This document shows positions 59,830-64,000 of a stretch of DNA of 64,000 nucleotides, piece after piece. Location of the stretch: assembly GCA_050012475.1 (NCBI GenBank), contig JBEKHC010000007.1:16586-80585 (forward strand). The letters run 5' to 3'. The position numbers and the translations under genes were made by a program. Source of the stretch: Candidatus Velthaea sp. Lineage in GTDB: Bacteria; Vulcanimicrobiota; Vulcanimicrobiia; Vulcanimicrobiales; Vulcanimicrobiaceae. How positions within the stretch are numbered: position 1 is the first letter of the stretch; the number at the start of each line of letters is the position of its first letter. The notes below the pieces were generated by a model, which made no database searches, had not been told where the DNA came from, and worked only from the letters and a program-made list of their open reading frames with translations.

Positions 59830-60252
59830 TTAGCCAGTCGCTTGCTCGGCGCGCTGCGCGAAGGCGCGGGCGGCGTTGAGCAACGGGTGCTGGACTTCAT
59901 CCAGCGGCAAGTCGCGCAAGAGCAGCATCGGGATCCGATCGTTCAACCGCGGGTTGGCCGCGTGGAGCCAGGCCTGCGCATACTCTCGATCGGCGCGGCC
60001 CGTCAGCATCAGCGTCAACTGCAAGGCAAACCGGAGGACGTGCGGCCGCTGCGGCTCGCGATCGATCATCCATTGCTGAACGGCGCGAGTCTCCTTGACC
60101 CCGCCAATCACGGCGACGGTGGTGGCGCCAAGCAGTTCGGTAAGTTCACGTACAACGGTCCGAATCGGCAAGCCCATGACGTATTCGTGGGCGTCCACGT
60201 CGGAGCGAATCATCCCCTCTTGACCTTCATCGCGATTGCCGAAGTTCGTCAT
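59830..60252 (-). CDS. HTH plus Xre/MbcA/ParS-like antitoxin C-terminal domain protein
   Basis: ELLGATTVAVIGGVKETRAVQQW HTH-like segment; AQAWLHAANPRLNDRIPMLLL DUF2384-like motif. Confidence 0.7.
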   Translation of the reverse strand: MTNFGNRDEGQEGMIRSDVDAHEYVMGLPIRTVVRELTELLGATTVAVIGGVKETRAVQQWMIDREPQRPHVLRFALQLTLMLTGRADREYAQAWLHAANPRLNDRIPMLLLRDLPLDEVQHPLLNAARAFAQRAEQATG

Positions 60253-60259
60253 GCACGGC

Positions 60260-60299
60260 ATTATAACAGGTCAAATCACAGGATGGAAAGCCCCTGTAA
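60260..60299 (-). promoter_or_regulatory. Extended -10 promoter (probably leaderless) with an inverted repeat around -35
   Basis: Minus strand TTCCAT-17nt-TATAAT with TGn extension, then 7 nt to ATG; ACAGG-N10-CCTGT flanks the -35. Confidence 0.65.
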
Positions 60300-60327
60300 A
60301 CCCCATAGATAGTAGACGCATCGTCTG

Positions 60328-60483
60328 TCGGCCAAGCGCCGAGCGAGCGGCGCACCACGAAGAAGCCGCATTGAAGAACGTCGCACGTTCCGTAGCGCGA
60401 GGTCCGTACGCGTCGTAGAGATCTGCCGACCAGCTGGTCGGAGCGGGTGCGCCGCCAGCCGGATCGGCCAAGCGCCGAGCGAG
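60328..60483. repeat. Exact 20-bp direct repeat pair
   Basis: TCGGCCAAGCGCCGAGCGAG at 60328-60347 and 60464-60483. Confidence 0.8.
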
Positions 60484-60796
60484 TCGGGCCCGACGAAAAG
60501 GGTCGACACGCGTTGCAGATATCTGCGGGCCGGCTACGGAGCGGACGCCCCGGCGGGCGGATGGCATCCGATCGGGTCAGCGAAAGCGCGGCAACGGCAC
60601 GATGGTTCGCATCGTCAGTTGCAGTGACGGCGCGTCTGCGCCGGCGTTCGTTCCCGCGTCCAGCGTCCACGCTCCGGCGGAGGCGAAAGATCGCCCCTCT
60701 GAATGTCCCGTTATCATCGCTCGAAAGACGCCACGTCGACATGCATCTTTCGAGCGGATTACGTCAGCAGAAGTTCCTCGCTCAGCCGCGGACCGG

Positions 60797-62329
60797 TCAA
60801 ACGGCGGCTGCCGGGCGTTTTGCTTGACCGTTCACGGCCGGTGCGCCCTCGGAGAGCGCTTCAGCGAGGGCGACGAACGCGCGCACCGGCGTGCCCGTGG
60901 GGCCTTTGGCTTGAAACGGCGACTCGGTGTCGAGGTACGCGGTGCCGGCGATGTCGAGATGGATCCACGGGACGTCGGCGACGAACTCCTTGAGAAACGC
61001 CCCGGCGGTTTCGGCCCCGGCGGCGCGGCCGCCGGTATTCTTGATGTCCGCGATGTCGCTCTTGATGATCGTCGAAAACTCTTCGAACAGCGGCAAGCGC
61101 CAGTAGCGCTCGCCGCTCGACGCCGCGACGTCGAGGAAATGCGCCACCCAATCTTCGTCGTTGGACATCGTTCCCGAGGCCGCGTGACCCAGCGCGATCA
61201 CGCATGCGCCCGTCAACGTCGCGCAATCGATGATTTTCGTCGCGCCCAGTTCGCGCGCATAGCACAGCGCGTCGGCGAGAATCAGCCGGCCTTCCGCATC
61301 GGTATTGATGACTTCGATCGTCTTGCCGTTCATGGCCCGCAGGACGTCGCCGGGCTTGACGGCGCGCGGGCCGGGCAAGTTCTCGCTGGCCGGGATCAGT
61401 CCGATCACGTTGAGTTTGGGTTTGAGTTTGCCCAGCGCATACATCGTTGCGATCACGCCGGCGCCGCCCGACATGTCGTACTTCATCTCGTGCATGTTCT
61501 CGGCGGGCTTGATCGAGATGCCGCCGCTGTCGAACGTGATGCCCTTGCCGACCAAGGCGAGACGTTCGCTCGACCCGGGATCGCCCGTATACGTGAGCAC
61601 GGAGAGCGTCGCGGGTTCGTGCGAGCCCTGCGACACGCCGAGCAGCGAGCCCATCCCTTTGGCGAGCATCTGCGCTTCGTCGAGCATGTGATACTCGAGC
61701 CCAGCCTCGCGCGCCGCGTCCTGCGCGCGCGCGGCGAGGTGGGTGGGCGTCATGTCGTTGGCCGGCGTAAGCGCCATGAGCCGCGCCATATTGATCGCGC
61801 CGCCGACGATTTCACCGCGTTCGATGCCGCGTTTCACCGCTGCGGGATCGAACGATCCTGCCAACACCAAGATCTCGTCGATGAGAATCGGTTTTTCCGG
61901 CTGGGTGCGGTACGTGGTCGTGTCGATCGTGCCCGCCATCGCTCCTTCGACCACGAACGAAACGCTGCGCGCGGGATCGGCCGCCGCTTCGAGCGGCAGC
62001 GCGAACGCGATCGATTTCGTGTTCCGTTTACCAAGATAGCGGGTGCCGGTTCCGGCGTACTTTGCGAGAACCGGAAGTTTGAACTTCGCCCGATCGCCTA
62101 AACCGACCGCCAGCACGCGCCGAAACGGCTGATCCTTGACATGGATGAGCGAGACCTCGTTGAGTTTGCCGGTGATCTCGCCTGCGGCGAGAATGTCGGT
62201 AATGGCTCCGCCGAGCGCCGCATCGGCTTCCGCGGCTGCACCGTCGAGCTTGCCGTCGGTAAAAAGCGGTACGACCAGCGCGCCCGCGAGGACTTTGGTC
62301 GCTGCGTCCGTCGCGATGCGAACTTGCAT
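60797..62329 (-). CDS. pepA: Leucyl aminopeptidase (M17)
   Basis: VGKGITFDSGG, MKYDMSG, NTDAEGRLILAD, ATLTGA, WIHLDIAG. Confidence 0.96.
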   Translation of the reverse strand: MQVRIATDAATKVLAGALVVPLFTDGKLDGAAAEADAALGGAITDILAAGEITGKLNEVSLIHVKDQPFRRVLAVGLGDRAKFKLPVLAKYAGTGTRYLGKRNTKSIAFALPLEAAADPARSVSFVVEGAMAGTIDTTTYRTQPEKPILIDEILVLAGSFDPAAVKRGIERGEIVGGAINMARLMALTPANDMTPTHLAARAQDAAREAGLEYHMLDEAQMLAKGMGSLLGVSQGSHEPATLSVLTYTGDPGSSERLALVGKGITFDSGGISIKPAENMHEMKYDMSGGAGVIATMYALGKLKPKLNVIGLIPASENLPGPRAVKPGDVLRAMNGKTIEVINTDAEGRLILADALCYARELGATKIIDCATLTGACVIALGHAASGTMSNDEDWVAHFLDVAASSGERYWRLPLFEEFSTIIKSDIADIKNTGGRAAGAETAGAFLKEFVADVPWIHLDIAGTAYLDTESPFQAKGPTGTPVRAFVALAEALSEGAPAVNGQAKRPAAAV

Positions 62330-62426
62330 GAAGTGCCTTTCGATGGATGGAACGGTTGGTCGATCAGATGAAGAGTCTACGAACCAATCCGGCACAAATT
62401 GCTCAGTGCATGCCGCGGACCCTGTC

Positions 62427-63443
62427 ATGAGCGATGCCTACGCCCGCGCCGGCGTCAATATCGATGCGGGCAACGAAGCGGTGCAGCGCTACCGCGGCGT
62501 CACCAGCGATTGGACGCATCCCAATGTGCTCGGGACGCTGGGTGGATTCAGCGGCTTGTTTCGCTTGCCTGGCGACGAAACGCGCGCGCTCGTCGGTTCC
62601 ACTGACGGCGTCGGCACGAAAATTCTGATCGCCGCCGCGCTCGAGCGCTATGACGGCGTCGGCGCCGACCTCGTCAATCACTGCGTCAACGACATCCTGG
62701 TCGTCAGCGCGACACCGCTGTTCTTCCTCGATTACTTGGCGGTGGGAAAACTCGATCCGAGCGTGGCGGCGCAAGTCGTCGCCGGCTGTCATCGCGCCTG
62801 CAAGGCGCACGCGATGGCGCTGTTGGGCGGCGAAACGGCCGAGATGCCGGGCCTGTACAAGCCCGGCGATTTCGATTTGGCCGGCACGATCGTCGGCATC
62901 GTCGACGTCGCCGCCGTTCCGGATCGGGAGCGCGTCGCACCGGGCGATGCCATCGTCGGGCTGCCGTCGATCGGCCTGCACACCAACGGCTACACGCTCG
63001 CGCGCGCGTTGATCCCCACTGCTGAGCTGCTCGCGCCCTTCGCCGGTGCAACCTTTGCCGATGCGCTGCTCGCACCGCATCCGTCGTATTACGCGTCCGT
63101 TCGAGCCATCCAAGCGGTAGCCGACGTGAAAGCGATGGCCCACATTACCGGCGGCGGGCTGCTCGACAACGTTCCGCGCACGCTGCCCGGCGGAACGAAA
63201 GCCATCTTCGAACAACAACGCTGGAGCGTTCCGCCGATCGTGAGCGAACTCGTGCGGCGCGGCGGCATGTCGCCCGACGAGCGCTATCGCACCTTCAATA
63301 TGGGGATCGGCTACACGCTCATCGTCCCGGTCACGCAAGCGGAGCGTGCCGTCGGCGCCGTGCCGGGAGCGCGAGTGGTCGGCTGGATCGAACGGCGGGG
63401 CGCCGACGATCCGGCCGTCGTCGTCCATCCCGCGCGCACGTAA
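62427..63443 (+). CDS. purM: Phosphoribosylformylglycinamidine cyclo-ligase (AIR synthase)
   Basis: YARAGVNIDAG, TDGVGTK, CVNDI, GGETAEMPG, HTNGY, AHITGGG, TFNMGIG. Confidence 0.96.
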   Translation: MSDAYARAGVNIDAGNEAVQRYRGVTSDWTHPNVLGTLGGFSGLFRLPGDETRALVGSTDGVGTKILIAAALERYDGVGADLVNHCVNDILVVSATPLFFLDYLAVGKLDPSVAAQVVAGCHRACKAHAMALLGGETAEMPGLYKPGDFDLAGTIVGIVDVAAVPDRERVAPGDAIVGLPSIGLHTNGYTLARALIPTAELLAPFAGATFADALLAPHPSYYASVRAIQAVADVKAMAHITGGGLLDNVPRTLPGGTKAIFEQQRWSVPPIVSELVRRGGMSPDERYRTFNMGIGYTLIVPVTQAERAVGAVPGARVVGWIERRGADDPAVVVHPART

Positions 63444-63450
63444 GCCGATC

Positions 63451-64000
63451 TTGGCGGTCAATCTCCTCGTCGATTTTGCCGACGAGCGATTCGATGCGGC
63501 CGCTGCGGCCCGCGCTCACCGCACGGCCGAAGGGCTTGGGTTTCGGCTCGTTCATGCCGCGCGGGCAGACGATCGGCTCGCGGCCTGGATCGATTGGCAG
63601 TTCGCGCCCAGCTGGTGGTCGGCCGAGGCGCGGGAGAGCGAAGTCTGGGTCGCGCAGGACCAGCGCGGCGACATCGGGGGTTTTGCGGCCTTCGATTCGC
63701 ACGGACTGCGGTTGCCTTGGCTGCGCGAATATCACGCGCAAACCGGGATCGGGATCTTTGGGCCGTTCGGGATCGCGCCGGAGCAGCGCAAGAAGGGACT
63801 GGGCACAGCTCTGCTGGACGCTGCATTGTGCTCGTTGCGGGCCAAACACTATGCGCGAGCGCTGATCCCCGCGGTCGGCTTCGAACGGCTCATCGCAATG
63901 TATCAAACGCGAACTGCTGCGCGCATCGTCGATCGGTACAATTATGATTCGCCGCGGCGCTTTCGCGCGACGATCCTGGCCTCGGGCAGCGGGACCAACG
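63451..64000 (+). CDS. purN: GNAT domain fused to the start of GAR transformylase PurN (truncated by window edge)
   Basis: Open frame from TTG 63451: GNAT motif GPFGIAPEQRKKGLG, then FRATILASGSGTN, the PurN N-terminal phosphate loop; follows purM. Confidence 0.75.
   Translation, partial: MAVNLLVDFADERFDAAAAARAHRTAEGLGFRLVHAARADDRLAAWIDWQFAPSWWSAEARESEVWVAQDQRGDIGGFAAFDSHGLRLPWLREYHAQTGIGIFGPFGIAPEQRKKGLGTALLDAALCSLRAKHYARALIPAVGFERLIAMYQTRTAARIVDRYNYDSPRRFRATILASGSGTN

Noticed and set aside
60328..60483. 20-bp direct repeats as a mini-CRISPR or target-site duplication
   Set aside because: Two copies 116 nt apart with no transposase or cas gene; better explained as REP-like repeats
60484..60796. 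Coding potential downstream of pepA
   Set aside because: Only low-complexity Arg-rich frames without motifs

Overview
High-GC bacterial chromosomal window, mostly housekeeping genes on the + strand. The gene content and a GAAC-N4-GTTC SOS box suggest a Terrabacteria lineage, possibly Eremiobacterota/WPS-2 (inference only). It contains tRNA-Glu(CTC) and tRNA-Gln(CTG) with an HNH endonuclease gene reading into tRNA-Gln, sugar-nucleotide and glycosyltransferase genes, pcrA, a dapB-asd-lysC-dapA operon, split riboflavin genes (ribD-ribE; ribBA-ribH), acs, mtnA and holA. A large dispersed de novo purine cluster (purB, purC, purL, purQ, purS-like, two purP, guaA, purD, purF, purM, purN) is interleaved with malic enzyme, dodecin, a sedolisin-like protease, a MalT-like/HD-GYP protein, scpB, ribulokinase, an SOS-boxed radical SAM gene, a sugar ABC transporter and pepA. 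The most unusual signals are: (1) an XRE-type HTH fused to RibBA behind a probably leaderless promoter with a palindrome on its -35 box, a candidate enzyme-repressor for riboflavin synthesis; (2) the HNH gene whose stop codon lies inside tRNA-Gln; (3) a mosaic purine pathway with archaeal-type PurP paralogues, an animal-PAICS-like PurC fused to a degenerate PurE domain, a tandem PurS and a GNAT-PurN fusion. No CRISPR array, rRNA or intact transposase was seen. All calls are from motif recognition by eye; start codons are best guesses.
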